NCBI GenBank assembly: GCA_022813865.1
Contig: JALDZX010000035.1
Coordinates: 1 to 64,000, forward strand
DNA from: Xylographa opegraphella
Taxonomy: Eukaryota
Direction of reading: 5' to 3'
DNA: 64,000 bases
The notes beneath the pieces were generated by a model. The model ran no database searches and was not told the origin of the DNA. It saw nothing but the letters and a program-made list of their open reading frames with translations. Shown piece by piece: positions 25,765 to 39,443 of this stretch. Numbering within the stretch: the first letter of the stretch is position 1; each line of letters begins with the position of its first letter. A program made the position numbers and the translations under genes.

Positions 25765-26233
25765 GACGGTTGAACCAAGTCTCGAACGGTTTCGTCACAA
25801 GCGACAGCGAGGCCAGGAAGAAATTAGAGTTGTGGCTAGGAGCGGCTAGTCTAGGCGATATGCAGCCTAGCGCGGCGTCCGATCAGCCCATTCTGCAAGG
25901 TCCGATGTTGTTCTCTGGAACGAGACGCATCAGCATCAGGACGAACATCTGCATCACGAGCAGCGAACAGCGAACTGTAGTCAGTGAGCAGTGATCAGTG
26001 AGCAGTGAGCAAGCACCGAGGCTCTTTCCCGTGGCACTATTGCAAAGCCGTCATGGACGGCGTTCATCTATTATATCTCCACACTCAGTCGTTCTTCTAT
26101 GAAGCAGCCTGCCCGCATGACTTGGCCACCGCCAATGGCACTGCGGCAGACCACTCAGCCACACGCTCCTCCACCTGTGGCTTCATTGGACAATCACATC
26201 CTCGCCTCAGCACGGAGCGAGAGGGAGGTGACA

Positions 26234-26282
26234 TGCTACATGCTACATGCTACATGCTACCTGCTACCTGCTACCTGCTACC
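26234..26282 (+). repeat. 7-bp tandem repeat TGCTAC(A/C) x7
   Basis: Read directly. Confidence 0.85.
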
Positions 26283-26510
26283 TGCAACTGACAGAGGACC
26301 TCTGATGCTACCGCCCTAATACCGTAGTCCGCTGCTGCTCATACGTCTCATACGCAGAACATGCGGCCCCTGCTCGCTGGCAGACTGCCGGCGCAGAAGA
26401 GGCCATGGCCACATGGGCACCACCCGTAGGCACGCAGGCGTGTGTTCTGTCCCATCCACCGGCGCCGGCCACGACAACTTCTCAACTCGCTTCTCCCATC
26501 TCACTCTCGC

Positions 26511-26564
26511 CCCTCTTCCCTCTTCCCTCTCCCCTCTCCCCTCTCCCCTCTCCCCTCTCCCCTC
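26511..26564 (+). repeat. Polypyrimidine heptamer repeat (CCCTCTC)n upstream of HPC2
   Basis: Read directly; part of a longer CT-rich tract extending to about 26780. Confidence 0.85.
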
Positions 26565-27193
26565 GTTCCCCCTTCCCCATCGGTGGCTTGTTCGCTGTCT
26601 GGTGTTAAAGCTACGGGAGAAGAAAGAGCGCCTTCCCCCCCCCCCAATTATTCATTCATTCCCTTCCCTTCCCTTCCCTCTTCCCTTCCGGCTGGCATAT
26701 ATGACCCCATCGCCCTCCCCCTTCCCCCATCCTTCCTCTCTTCCTTTTCTTCTTCTTCTTCTTCTCTCCTCTGTCCTCCGTCCGGCTTCCTGTAAACGTT
26801 GGGCACACATCCCCCTCCGACTGCTGGCTGCTTCGTCAACACGGAGTTCGCTGGCTTCGAATCGCTTGAAAGCCGGCTCTGGTCCGGCCTGAGACCGAAC
26901 GGAGTCGCAAGTCCACGACACACACACACACACCAACGTTGCACTGCACGCGGTGCGATCACTTTATTGACGTCGACATCGGCCCTCTTCGAATTGGGGC
27001 TCAGGGTGAAGGTATCGTGGCCCTTCCTCGTCGCTGGCTCAACGCGACCGGGGTCGACGAGCATCGCGAAGGCTTGATCCGAACGCTGAATCCTTCGTGC
27101 GCGCATCAGCGGTGCTTCTCACGACGCACACTTCCCCTTTTGTAGCTGTGCCTGGACGACTTCGCTCTCGTGGATGAATGAGGTCGTGCTGCA

Positions 27194-29535
27194 ATGCCGA
27201 CCGGACTGGCTCCCGACCAGGAGCCGGCGCGCACCTCCAGCACCTCGCCTGCTCTCTCCTCCCCTCCCAAATCGCCCGACTCTCCGCACCACGCCATTGC
27301 GTGGCAGGCTGCGCCATCCGGCTCGACGGTCGCATACGCTGATGCCGCCGACGAGGATGTGATCAAAGTGGAAGGAGATGCACGGTCGGAGGTTGCGGCG
27401 AGAGCCGCTAACGCGAAAGGAAGTTCAGCCACGCCCAGTGTCAAGAAGCCACGCAAGAAAAGGGAATCCGCGACCAATACCGGCAACTCCACCGCGACCG
27501 AGGCCAAAGAAAAGAAGACTCGCAAACCCCGTGCCGTATCGAGCACGGCCATTGCAGGACGCAGGAAGGCCAAAGTCGACCCGGCCGCAGACCCCAATGC
27601 CGTCGCGGCTCAGGCCTCACGTCACCCGAAAATCACAGAGGCCGTGGCGCCTCCGCCGCCGCCACCCGACTCCCGTGTTCTCGCGTCGACTTACACGTCC
27701 CAAAGCGGAAATAGTGAAGCCATCACCAACGATCCAGTCTCGCTTCCACCTGCCACGGCTGCCACGCAACCGACAACTCGGTCCGGTCAGAACTACGACC
27801 CGATCAGGTCATCCGCCTTCGAAGCACCTAAACCATTCACAAGTCCTTACGGCCCACAACAGCCGTCGCCCCTCAAGAGCACCAACCGTGCGAGCGAATC
27901 GCCTTCCATCTCAAGCTTGATTGATCCCCCAAGTGCTCCTTCCGTTACGTATCCCGTCGCCCAGACATCGAATCCCCCATCCTTCAGCAACCCGAGTCCA
28001 TCGCTTCATCACGACTACAATCCCCAGTCAAGACCCCAGCTCTCGCCGCCGGTGCCAATCTATGGAGATATGCGTCCGCGGCAGTCCACCTCGACCTCGC
28101 CGTCGTCGATCAACCTCCTCTCGACTCGACCGCAGCCTCCACCGTATCCGAAGCACTCGCCGCCGTCTACAGCCATGGACATCGATACCGAACCTCTTCA
28201 CCCTTCCTCCAACGACCAGCTTCTCCCATCCACTACGAAGCCTCCTCAACAATCCTCGCGCAAGACCTCGACCGGGACTAGCACTCCGTCATCGGCAACC
28301 CATTCCCCCAAACCTCCTCGGCCCAAAGACAAGGACGCCTTGGTCCCTCCCCTTCCCTCGGGCAATGGCCTCCTCAGTAGTACCTTGTTCGGTGGCCCGG
28401 CCGACCCCTCGGTCGCGGAAAAGCTTCAAGCGCCCACCGTCATTCTCCATGTCCCCCTCAATGGCGAAGGGAACAAGTATGTCAACTTCGCTCGGATGGC
28501 CGAGGAGCGCTATGGCTTCAACGCTCTGCACCCACGGCTCGCCGCGCAGCGGGATCGTCTGGCTCGCGTTGCGGCCGCCAGCGCTCTGTTGGAAAAGGTC
28601 AGCAGCAACGGTGGAGGACTGTCTGGCAGTGGCGGCGCTTCGGCGGACGAGATGTCGGTGGAGCTGTCGGACGGGGACGGCGATGGGGACAACAGCAACA
28701 TCGAGATGGGGGGCATGGATACGGACGCTGCGAAGGAAGCCACCACCGTGAAACCGAAGCTCAAGCGGAAAATGAAGGAGGACAACTACGACAAGGACGA
28801 TCCCTTCGTGGACGACAGCGAGTTGGCCTGGGAAGAGCAGGCCGCCGCCAGCAAGGACGGCTTCTTCGTCTACAGTGGGCCGCTGGTGCCGGCAGGTGAA
28901 AAGCCGCAAGTCGAGAGGTATGCTCCCGGTTCCCCTTCTTGCCATTCCGGAATGCTTCCCCTTCATCCCACCACCCCCTTTCTCTACCTGTTCACTCATG
29001 GCTGTCATCATTTCCTCACTCATCCATGTGTTCATTCTCTTGCTGTTTCACACATCGTAATCGTCATCTCTTGATGTTCACCTATCGCTATCGTGATCTT
29101 ATGATCCTGGAACACCCTTTACTCTTATTATCTAATGTCTAAGCCTTTCCCACACAACTGTTTTCTGACTCCCCGTCATCGCTACTCATTCCTCACCATT
29201 CACCAACCACCTAACCACTCACAACTAATGTCCATTTTTACAGAGCCGACGGCACCCCGAAGGTCGGGCGTGGCCGCGGACGGGGTCGCGGTGGACGCGG
29301 TTCTCGAGGTGGCCGTGGCGGTGCAAATCATGATCGAGCAATCGAAGGAACGGCCGGAGACTCCGGCGCTGGGCCCAAGACTCGAGGCACCGGCGTGACA
29401 CGCAAGCCTCGCGTGAAGAAGGCCGATCGTGCGATGAGAGAAGCGGAGAAGGCGGACCGCGAGAAAATGGCGGTGCTCGTGGCAAAGCCGCCGGGCTACG
29501 TAGGGGTGGGGATGGGAGTCATAGGTGGCACGTGA
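27194..29535 (+). CDS. HPC2: HIR complex subunit Hpc2 / ubinuclein-like (HUN domain), 2 exons
   Basis: YVNFARMAEERYG motif and HUN-type YDKDDPFVDDSE...GFFVYSGPL. Intron 28918-29243; the last exon has an RGG-rich tail. Confidence 0.85.
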
Positions 29536-31034
29536 TTGGAATCCATTGGCTTTGCTGTGGAAGAAGCATCCTGTGGCCTGGCTCTGCGGTGACGGCGCAG
29601 ATCACGTCGGGGATTGTCTGCAGAAGCTTGACATGGATCAATGACTGGAATGCAGAGACCAGCGTAGCAGAGGAAAGCTTGACGCCGGAGCCAATGAGCG
29701 GGAGAGCCGAAACCGTCCTCGGTTAATGTGGGTGTGCAAAGCGCTTTGACAAGTGTGCGAGCAGCACCGAATGGGAGAAATACGCATGTCCTCATGGGAG
29801 CGGTGCCGAGAGCTTTCCAATGATCCGCACAGGATCTGGAGAATGTATGCTATTGTGTTCTGGATCTGAGCTGCTTATTTCAAACAGAAGTGGCGCTTGG
29901 CGCGACCCATCCTCCTCTCTCGGCTTCCCATTGCCTGGGCAGTGCTCCTGCAAGACCGAATCGCCCTTTCTTCCCCTCATCCCTTGTGACGCTTCCTTGT
30001 TCCGTTCCACCTCGAGCATTTTTTTCCTTGCCATTGCCACATCTCTACTGGCAGTCTGTCGAGCACGGTAAGTTTCCATGGCTCTATCAGGCAGAACCAC
30101 ACTTGTAGTCGCTGGGCCTTCCCGTGGTCCAAGCGGGAAAACACGATGGATGTGGTTCATCTACACAGCTCTGAGATCTTCAAGCCTGGCTCCTCTCGAA
30201 AGCTGATTCGTCATTCCCAGCCGTTTGTCTGCGTATTTCTCTCCATGTCTCGCTCTCCCGTCGCGTCCCCCCCCCCACCTCCCCCGTTTAACTCTGCCTT
30301 CGCCTCAGCAAAATCCTCCGCCGTTCCAACACGGACCCGCAGGAGCACTTTCCCCTCGTCACGAATTAGCATCCTACAATTCTCGGGCTACGTCCGCAGC
30401 GTCTTGCACTCCGAGCTTGGGCCGAGCGAACAAACGTTCAGCACACGCTGCTTCCCCCGTCGTCCCGCTCGAGTTTCGCTCGCTCCGCAACCAGTATGAT
30501 GGGTCTACGCAAGTTACAGGATCGCGCTGGTGGATCGGAGGACCCGTTCCGCGGCTTCCGCCCGTCCGTGCGGTGCCTGTAGAACAAAGGGGGCATGTAG
30601 CTGCTACATTCCCGAGGGCGGAGATCTGGGAGTTCTTATTGTGCAAGAGGAGTGGAGCGATGGGCTTGCTTTGACACCCTTGTGTTGCATTATGCGCCGA
30701 TCATACAACAGGTTTTCTATGGTACTTGCTAACAAAGATATCGAGTGCCCACACCCAAGCTCGGTGACAGTGCCAGGAAAACCTCGGCGGCCTTATTTAT
30801 ACTGGGCGTATGCCATCAACCCGTCCCGGTGCCGCGACCAGTCCGGGTCATATCATCTGCTCTGCCGAATTGAAACTGGCGGGTATCGGCGGGACATACC
30901 CTGACCCACCACGACCGCCGCCTGGTTTCCAGTTGATTGTGACGGCTGTCGTCCGTCCAAGCAACGATTGTCTTCGAACATAACCTTCAATGTGCATGGC
31001 GTACCCACCAGGTCTACCATCCCCGAACTCCCTC

Positions 31035-32749
31035 CTAACCAAACCCACTTCCACACACACTCCACCAAACTCCCATATTGGCGGCCACCACCAGATCCAA
31101 CATCTTCAATCCCTCATCTTCCACAATCAACTTCCCCAACTTCGCTTGCTTCCCACGCAACCCACCTCCGGCCTGCTCTTGACCGAGCGAGAGATCCATT
31201 CGCGCCCCATCCTCGTCGTCAGAATCCTCGGCTTCATTGCCGTCGTTAGCAGCCAAGTCGCGGCTATGCGAATTGGCGAAGAAGGAAGAGCGCTTTTGAT
31301 TGACCGTAGGCAGTGGCAGTCGTCTGGGGAAGAGCAAACCCAGGAGCTTCGAGCTGGGAAGATTAAAGCGCAGATCACTGACTGTGCGTGCCGAAGACGA
31401 ATCTTTACTTCCTGGGCTGGATGGAGAAGAGTGGAGCGTGTGACCGCATTTTAGGCTCCGTCCTGCAAGACCAGTAGAGAATTCGCAAATACCGTTCCAC
31501 GGGCTTAGGAAGGAATATGGACGGGGGTAGGATGGACTGAGTTGCGGCGAAGGGTATGGGCTATTTGATGTGCTCTCCTGGGCGCTTCCTGTGGAGTCAG
31601 TGCTCAACCGAGTCTCATTTCCACCCAGCAAGGGCCCATTCGACTGCGATCGAGGCCACTCAAGGAAAAGGTGTCGGCAAAAGCCGTGGTATTCGGTGGG
31701 GTTTCTCGTTGCATGGTTGTGTGTCTGTGTGCCCTGTGTGGAATTATAGTCTAGTGACACCTTTTCGGGCCCCAGGGAAACTCTTTCGACACATTTATAT
31801 TTATTATAGCCGGTATTCGTAATTTCTATGAGCAAGCTTCGCTCTCGCCCTTGTCGAGAGTCACGGCGCGAAAGTACACTGTCAATCTGCTTGGTGGCTG
31901 ACGGTCCACTCGTAATTTTACCAACGTTCCATTGGCCCCCGGAACCAGGGTCCCGGCGGATCATTGTAATGGAGAAATCGGTGGCTTGAGAGTCCGTGGT
32001 GTCGTATTCAGAGTTGATGTCCAGATTGGGCGAGACCGGTGGCGGCTGTTCGGAAAGTCGGCGCGGTATCAGTATCTCTGCTTTTGGCAGTATAACTTCT
32101 TTGGGGTCATTTAAGGACGTTACGATATCCACCGAGAGATTACGAGCGTGGAGGGGACGAGGGCCCCATAACTTCCGTGGGGTCACTGGCATGCCATTGG
32201 CATTCAAGCCAACCACCTGATCCTTGCCTCCGACGGGTTTGCGTGCAAGTCGCAAGCGACCTTCTTGCGTCAGTGGTATTTGGAAGTGGGGGTAAGCCTT
32301 GGGCATAGATTCAGAACGGTCCTCCAGTGCCAGACGAGGTGCTGATGGTAGAGGCTTTCGGTTCGGGCTCTGGCCACCACTCGAAGGTCTCGCTTTCTCG
32401 TTTTCTTTCTCACCATCCTTCTGAAAATGTGGCTCTATACCCAGTAGTTCCCGTATCTTTTCGTCGTGTATTGAATCCACATGGAAGTAGTAAAGCGAAC
32501 TTGCAATATCGTGGGCTGTGACGACCCTCTGCTGAGGTTTCAGGGTGGTAAGAAAGATGTCTGCTCGACAGTTAGATATATGCCTATCTCCCCACCACAT
32601 CGGCGATTACCTTGGCTTCCTGGAACGCGAGCGATGTAGAGCACCAGCGGTTTCTGTACTTCATGAGTAGGATTTCGTGGATACTGAGGTGGATTTGCAG
32701 CCAAGAGAGTCACTGCTGTCAAAGATCTGGCTTCAATAGCTGGTGTCAT
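31035..32749 (-). CDS. Conserved fungal hypothetical protein, 2 exons
   Basis: MTPAIEARSLTAV...LVLYIARVPGSQ|DIFLTTLKPQQRVVTAHDIASSLYYFHV and C-terminal MDLSLGQEQAGGG..GKQAKLGKLIVEDEGLKMLDLVVAANM. Intron 32561-32610. Confidence 0.8.
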
Positions 32750-33422
32750 TGACAAACTTCCACTTCGGATAAGCAAAAGGAGTAACCGGCGTGGTTTGTC
32801 TCTGCTATTTTCAGTATAAAGGACGTGGATTATAAGATGCCTGAGGAGGCTCCGCATCAACAGGCGGCCACTCCGCCACGCCAGAGTAAGTCATCTTCAT
32901 CGGATGATGCATACTACAATTCAGCAATATACTTCCGACAAACTTTGAGATTAGAGGCTTTGAATAATTCAAAGATTTGATAAAAACATGTATGGATCAT
33001 AGCAACACAGTGAGGGAGGTTCGAAACTCTATTGAAACTGCTGGGATTACTACCTCATCGGGTTTACTGGAGGCTCTTCTATTTCGTTATACCTAGGACT
33101 AATAATGAGGCATTGAATGTTTGTCTCATAATATCAACAATAATCACTGAAGTGATGACCTTCTGTGGCATGTCGCCTGTATTCACGACTGCTATCCGGA
33201 ACGACCGCCAGCACAACAGAATACGGAGCGTAGTGTCAGCACAATAGTTACTGCCAGTTCAATTCATACACAAATAGACGTCCTCCTCCTCCTCGTCTAC
33301 CTTACATCTGCTGTTGTAGACGTTGAGATATCGCAAAGCTTCGGTTGTGAGGACATGATGCGCTAGATATTTCGCAGCTTGACGTGCACCGTAAGGTCGT
33401 AGCTAATGGACTCCCTATTCTT

Positions 33423-34250
33423 CTAATCTTGTGGCGCATCAGTCAGCGGTACGTACATTACCCCATAAGTCTTCTGTTTCTCAATACTTCCATCAGCCTT
33501 CCTGTCAATCACCCATATGTTTTGCGAGAATCTATCACCAACGGGAACGAACATCCTGAAGCAGACCCGAAGTCGTTAGTTGCTCAGTAAATGTAAGCTT
33601 CGTGATATCTCACCTCCCAGGCGACTTGAGTTGCTCCACTAGGCTTCCGTGAGCTTCTACTGCAGCTGCCCCGACATGTATAGCATCGTACGGTCCTCCC
33701 GCAGGCCATCCCTTACGTCCATCGGCCTTAATAAATTGTACTCGTCCAGAGGCCAACAGCTCTTTCCCCTCGGCATTACGACCCATATTACGAGTTGCTA
33801 GGTCAACCAGACCCTGGATATGGTCTACCCCTATCACTTTCCCATCAGGTTCTACTAGATTTGCAAGGACGTGGGTCAGGTAGCCAGAACCACAGCCAAC
33901 ATCGAGTACCTTTGAATTGGGGTGAAGAAACTGAAGGAGAGACTCAGAAGCAGAGGCATGCATATGGGGTGCAGAAATTGTAGCTGACATTCCGATTGAT
34001 TGAGGAGAATCTTGGTATGGAAGCTCAGGGGCATAATGAGCTCGATCTACCTATATAGAAAGGCGTCAGCAGCTTTCCAACCGATAGAAGTACATGAACA
34101 GTAGTGAGCATGAGCTGCAGTGATACTAGTCATGGAATGGGCTTCTACGTTGAGCATAGCCTTCCTAACTCTATCCGACTTGATCAGACCATTCTCAGCA
34201 AGATTCGCGATCAACCCTGCATTGGAGGAACCAGAGGATCTCCAAGCCAT
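33423..34250 (-). CDS. PCMT1: Protein-L-isoaspartate O-methyltransferase (PIMT), 3 exons
   Basis: [45 protein letters not shown] motifs. Confidence 0.95.
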
Positions 34251-34437
34251 ATCCAGGCACGACAATGACAATTCAGTTATGGCTTTTCAGGTGCATGTGA
34301 AATAACATGAATCATTGACTGAGCCCTGGGATACAGCATTTGCCTTCCATACCCCGCGCTAAATAGATCAAGGTTCAGTCGCTGATTACAATTTCAGGCC
34401 AACAGGGTCACGGCGGGAATACATTCTGGAAACCGCA

Positions 34438-35763
34438 TTAAATAAATCTTTTATCAGGGTCAAATCTGTCTAAAGCATCGATCGTCTTTTCGTACCTATA
34501 GAGGTTTAGGAAGAGGTTAAAATAAATTCAAACAAGAGAGAGTCTTACATGGTGAACACAATTCCACCACTTAGAATCAATCGTGCCAAGCGTGGCACGG
34601 CTCCTGACCAGAAGGTCAAGATGCCTTCGTCTTTGAAGATCTTAGCTGCGCATACAAAGCTGTTCTTATACTCCTTTCTTGCTTCTATTGATTGCATTCT
34701 GTCCGTCTGTTAGCGGTAGCACACCACTAGGGATCCGTTGACAATTGCCTGGTCTTAATGACATCCAAAGGTTGAGTAACATATCTTTCACCATTAGCCT
34801 TCCCAATTGTATCACGGTGTCTTGTAATCTGACGCACACTGTGATGATTCCAGCAAGGCCTCCGATGCTGAAGGTTGCCGCTGTGCCAAGCTTCTCACCT
34901 GGCGCGACATAGCCTTGAGCAAATTGTTTGATCATATTGTAGCTCCCGAATCTTGTTGCGGAATTAGCTGCTTGACGTGCCGTTGTTGGCACAAATCCTT
35001 GGAAAAAGCCTCTTAGTCCTCGCTCGCGAAAGATAATGGCTGATCCATCGAGGAAACCGCGCATTCGTGGCTTTGCCGATTTCCGGTCGTCAATCCTGTG
35101 ATCGAGTACATATCTTAGCCTTCGGCTGAATTGCTCAAGGAGAGTAATGAACCCACAGAGTAGTTTTAATACTTTCGAAGGGCGTTACAGCCAACAGCGA
35201 CTCTGTGATACCAGCGCCGAACCCTGCGATTACAGTCCGGGGACCAGAAATATTGCCTGCCTCGTCTTCGAGAAGCGTCTTGTAGGAGTCGAAAGCCACA
35301 AATCCTACACAGAGTCAGCTACCGTGCTTTTGGATGCCTGGAACTCACTCCTCGTACTTATTCCTGCTTTGAGGGAGTTCCCGATTACCAGCGTAGTACA
35401 ACCTGCATACCAGGCCTTCCCAAACGGAGGCCACCCAAGCTTCTGGCCATCCGGTAATCGACGATTGAGTTGTGATCGAGTTTTTGCAACTGAAATCGAA
35501 CGGACTAAGCAGGATCAATCAGACTATGAAGGGGGTGTTTACACTCGGCTGGGTATGTGATGGCTACATGAGACAGTTAGCCACATAGACTGTAAGTTAC
35601 GATGACAAGAATTCACCAATCTCAACTGCTCCAGCTGTAGAGCCTGCAATGATAGACCTTAATGGGCTTGGCTTTTAAAGTCAGTCGTTTCGAATTGTGC
35701 AGGGCGAACAAGTCGGATGGGTACCTTCTCCTTCTTGCCAGAAACTTGGCTCGTGGCTGCCAT
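34438..35763 (-). CDS. CTP1: Mitochondrial citrate/tricarboxylate carrier, multi-exon
   Basis: Carrier repeats: PSPLRSIIAGSTAGAVEI, GFFQGFVPTTARQAANSATRF, TFWSGAVPRLARLILSGGIVFTMYEK. Confidence 0.9.
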
Positions 35764-36128
35764 GTCACAGCTCAGTCGGTTGAGCGCAATTGAAGAGCCT
35801 CATTCGCTTACTTTGTTATATTAAGGTATGACGTCGGCGTTCCTTATTTAATTGAAAGGGGTCCGAATCCTTCGTAGAAGAACTTCTAAAATATTTACAG
35901 CCACCTATTTATTACTTACGTTCCGACAAAGGTCAAGGCTTACACTTTACTGGATGTCGAAAATCATCAATTGCCATAAAATTTCGTTGAACCCACCAAG
36001 TGCACAATTCGCAGACCTGTGCATGCACTTCGCAGCGCATCTGTACGGACCTAACTCTTAACACCATATTCGCAATGCATGTCCACCACCTTAAAATGTA
36101 ATACGCCACATGAATGATTTCAGTAGAT

Positions 36129-38682
36129 TCAGTAGAGCCCGAGGAGGTCTTCATTGGTCTTCTTCCCACCCAGCGACAGTTGTTGCTGCGGAGGCGGTGG
36201 CTGGTTGCCCGCTCCCATATCCAGGCCGGCGAACCCATTCAGAATATCATTATGGCTCTCTGAAAAACCTATACCATTGGAAAGGCCCATCAGATCATCT
36301 ATGTTGTTTCCAAGCGACGAGGTGGTTTTGCCGTGTGGCACCGCAGGTGAAGCTACACGTTGTGGAGTCCCAGCCAGGCCTTCAAGGCCCGACAACCCCG
36401 CAGCTGGAGACTTTTGCGCTGAGGCAGGAGCTGCTCCGTCGAAATCAATGTCCAAAAGGTTCTCAAAGTTGCTCTGGGCTGGCGCTGGAGCGCCCGAGAC
36501 GGCCGCTGCAACTGCGGCCGCAGCTAATGGATTTTCACGAGCATTTTGCATGGCCTCTCTGGAGGGTCTGTCAGCGGGTTTCAAGATTGTTCAGCTCTGC
36601 AGCACCTACTCTATTGCTGCCTTCTGCACGGCATCGGCACCATACTTGCCATGTCCGATGAACGTTTCCGGAGGCTTGTGATAGACAGAAGCAAGTGTCG
36701 ATAGCTCACCAATAAGCTGATCTAATAGGCCAGGCGGTAGCGATTGTATGGTGGTTGTGATAGGCGGCTTTTCCGAGAGTACAACATTTTGAGCCACTTG
36801 TGGACTGCTAGAAAGCAGTCGCCAATAAACATATGCTCGGTCTCTAACATCTGGGTTGTCGTTTTCTGCTGTGGCTGATTGGAATATCTTCTGCACTAGA
36901 CTTTGAGCTTGAGCATCATCAGGCTTCTTCAAAAATAACTTTACAACAGCCGTTAATATCTGGAGTTGTGTCTATCACAAGGTCAGCCGGTCCCTTACCA
37001 GATGCATGTGTTTATTTTCTGACCTGTGTAAATTCTTCCATAAAGCCGTCCACAAAGCCAGCCAAAATATCAGCAGCATTTGTAATCTTCTCAGCGTACT
37101 CTCCAACGATCCAGATCAGAGATCCCCTCGCATTAGGCTCGTCGAGCTCGTCGATGCATTTACATAGCTCTGGGATGATTGCTTCATATCCAGGGTATTT
37201 CCGGAAGATATCCTTGATAACCACAAGGGCCTCCTGAACCACGTAATTTATCTTTGTATTGATCAAATCCATCAGTGTCTTGACGCATTTCTCACATGCG
37301 CTCTCAATCTTTATAGCAACCTGTCCGATAGCTTTTACGGCTCTTTTGACAATGTCCATATCAACTTCCAGGGCGTACTCTTTCAGTTCGGCTAGAAGTT
37401 GTTCGACGTTCTTGTCATTTGCTATACGGACCATTATTTCCAATTTTTCAAATTTAATGTATGAAGGATCGTTGTATTTGCAGAAAAATACGCGCAGCTC
37501 CTTACTTAGAATATCAGGCTCTTTCTGGAGAATAAGGTCAATGTTTCGTAGAGCGACGTATTGTACCTCCGGTGGAGAAGATACAAGCGTCACTACTCAA
37601 ATTAGTATACCAATTTTATGGGGCCAAAAGGTCGATCTGTTACATACCAAGCGGGGGCGCCATTTTCTTTAGATATGATTTTGAAGCTTCTGGGTTCACG
37701 TATCTCATGTGAAGAAATACTGCCTTTACTGCTGCGAGGACGACGCTGGGATTAACATGTTGGAATTGAGGTGATATCCTTTCACAAATGTGCTCTGCTT
37801 CCTTTACGTCTGATGCCCGGTAGTCAGCAAGAGTCGTTAGAATGGTAACTCTGCCCCACTCGGTACACTCATTCAGAGCCATAAGCATCTTCTTGAGGGT
37901 GGTTGGTGTGATTTGGAGCGCTCTGGTTTCTGGGGCTGCCTCTCCTATCTCCGCTAGAGCAGTGACAGCGTTTGCAACTACCATTGGGTTTGGATCTCCT
38001 ATCAATTCCTGAAGTGTTTCCAAAAAGCCATTTTCTAAGCATAGACTGGGATTGAGATCAAATAGCTTGGCAACACAGATCGCTGCCGTTTTCCGTACAT
38101 ATGGCGACTCGTCCCGCAACGTTTTTCGCAAAGGCTCTTCCATGTAGTCTACCATTTTGTCCACCCTGATACAGCCCATTGTCCTTATTGCCAGCGCACG
38201 TATGAGAGGATTTGGATCCTCCGCGTCTTGAACGAAAGTATTTACAGCGAGGATACAGAGATCAGGATGGGATTTTGCGTAGTTCCTGCGCATGTGTGAG
38301 TAATGCATTCAGCGGACCGAAAGCAGATCGAAAGAGCACAGAGACAACGGACATCAAGTACAGATATACCAGCTTCTTCTGGTCCAAGTCTCCGGTAGCC
38401 AGATTCTTGAGAACATCCGGAAATAAGGCAGACACATCCTTGCCTAAAGTCATGGACATGATAGTCTTCTGTATTGCTTCTTTCCTAACCAACTGTCAGG
38501 CATCGCAAACATATGCGTTCCGTGCAACCTACCGCTCGTAAGCGTATTGTGATCTGACGAATGTTAGTTCAGCAATATTCCAGCCAGATTAGCAGTTTGA
38601 CATACACCAATCCCGCCCTCAGCTCGAACGTCTCACCCTTTTTTGGTGCAGCGAAAGCACCTTTGATTCTGCTGACCGCCAT
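36129..38682 (-). CDS. APL2: AP-1 adaptor complex beta subunit, multi-exon
   Basis: [76 protein letters not shown], clathrin box LLDID. 21-nt microexon at 38533-38553. Confidence 0.93.
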
Positions 38683-39091
38683 GACTTCGACCTTAATACC
38701 GATTCACGAGTTGCAGTGGTGGCTTCTGGGATCTGCTTGGCACGTAGAAGAAAAACGAATCGCAATTCCCGCCAAAGTAAGCAATGTGTAGTGGATGGCG
38801 AAATTACACAAATTTACTCGCTATCGTTTCGTAGACTCCCACGGACATCCATACTGGAACTTCAGGGGAAAGGGGAATTTATCGTAAGTTCCCAAAATGC
38901 ATGTTATTCATAGTCGTTGAACACCTTGACTAGTTAGGTTAGTCAAGTATGAATTTCGGTGGTACTTGTATTAACTGCAGGTGCTGTGGCTCATCAAGCG
39001 CTAAACAGTTAGCATAAGCGGCGCTAAATTGGCCGTTTCAGGGGTTTCCTGACTTCCTTCACGTTTCATCCGACAGAGTGCATCTTTTGTT

Positions 39092-39314
39092 ATGGCCAAT
39101 CTCCCTAACCTAAGACGTCTCTTCGTCGAAGCACGTTCAATCGAAGAAGAGTCAAAATACTCGCGTAATGCAGTATGTCTGGTCCATGCATTCTATTGGA
39201 AAAACCTAATCAGCTCTGTAGTTTTACAACCTTGTACTATTCATGTCCTCGGTAGCTGTTTTCAGTCTCGTTGCCCAGCGCACAGGCGGTGGTAAAATGC
39301 GATTGATTCGATGA
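39092..39314 (+). CDS. 57-aa single-transmembrane microprotein, 2 exons
   Basis: Intron 39173-39221 (GTATGT...CTAAT...TAG) joins MANLPNLRRLFVEARSIEEESKYSRNA to FYNLVLFMSSVAVFSLVAQRTGGGKMRLIR*. Confidence 0.7.
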
Positions 39315-39443
39315 GGATTGACTGCTTCCAACGTTGTCAAAAGATACATCATTTACCTACAGATTCAGACCTATTCATTGGACCATATGTAGCACTCATT
39401 ATGATGTCAACTATCGATCGCTATTTTACTCAGACACACTCAT

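Noticed and set aside
24956..25773. Long + strand ORFs of 261 and 246 aa
   Set aside because: Antisense shadows of the GC-rich RBA50 coding sequence.
27378..29035. Alternative-frame and antisense ORFs within HPC2
   Set aside because: Expected from high GC3; Arg/Pro-rich translations with no motifs.
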